A stretch of 64,000 nt of DNA from Octopus sinensis (lineage: Eukaryota): assembly GCF_006345805.1 (NCBI RefSeq), contig NC_042997.1, positions 8,928,001 to 8,992,000 of the forward strand, in the 5' to 3' direction. Positions 63,880-64,000 of the stretch are shown in pieces. Positions within the stretch are counted from its first letter, which is position 1, and each line of letters starts with the position of its first letter. Both the position numbers and the translations under genes were made by a program. A model generated the notes under the pieces. The model was given only the letters and a program-made list of their open reading frames with translations, was not told the DNA's origin and did no database searches.

Positions 63880-64000
63880 TGTGGAGGCACATGGCATAGT
63901 GGTTAGGGAGTTAGCATCATGATTGTAAGATTGTGGTTTCGATTCCTGGACCAGGCGACGCGTTGTGTTTTTGAGCAAAGCACTTCATTTCACATTGCTC
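63880..64000 (+). mobile_element. Family B CORE-SINE, cut by the window end
   Basis: gtggaggcacatggcatagtggttagg...gtttcgattcc...gtgtttttgagcaaagcacttcattt. Confidence 0.75.

Overview
AT-rich, repeat-dense eukaryotic genomic DNA. The SINE/LINE families and (TA)n/(CA)n/(TATG)n density suggest an octopus/coleoid cephalopod; this is from recall, not a search. No intact transposon ORF, rRNA, bona fide tRNA gene or CRISPR array is present. Decayed autonomous elements: a Penelope-like element (RT + GIY-YIG), RTE LINE fragments with many 5'-truncated 3'-UTR copies, Tc1 and mariner transposases, a FLYWCH-MULE transposon and an internally deleted Mag-type Ty3/Gypsy element. There are at least four tRNA-derived SINE families and several MITEs/foldback palindromes. 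Short, phase-compatible minus-strand exon candidates suggest the whole window is intronic/exonic sequence of one large unidentified host gene. The most notable signal is six Penelope-type minimal hammerhead ribozyme motifs from three families. One family sits inside a tRNA-headed SINE-like element whose copies show Penelope-style 5' inversions. There is also a 10-unit head-to-tail array of a 5'-truncated SINE. TE boundaries are read by eye and approximate unless TSD/TIR coordinates are given.
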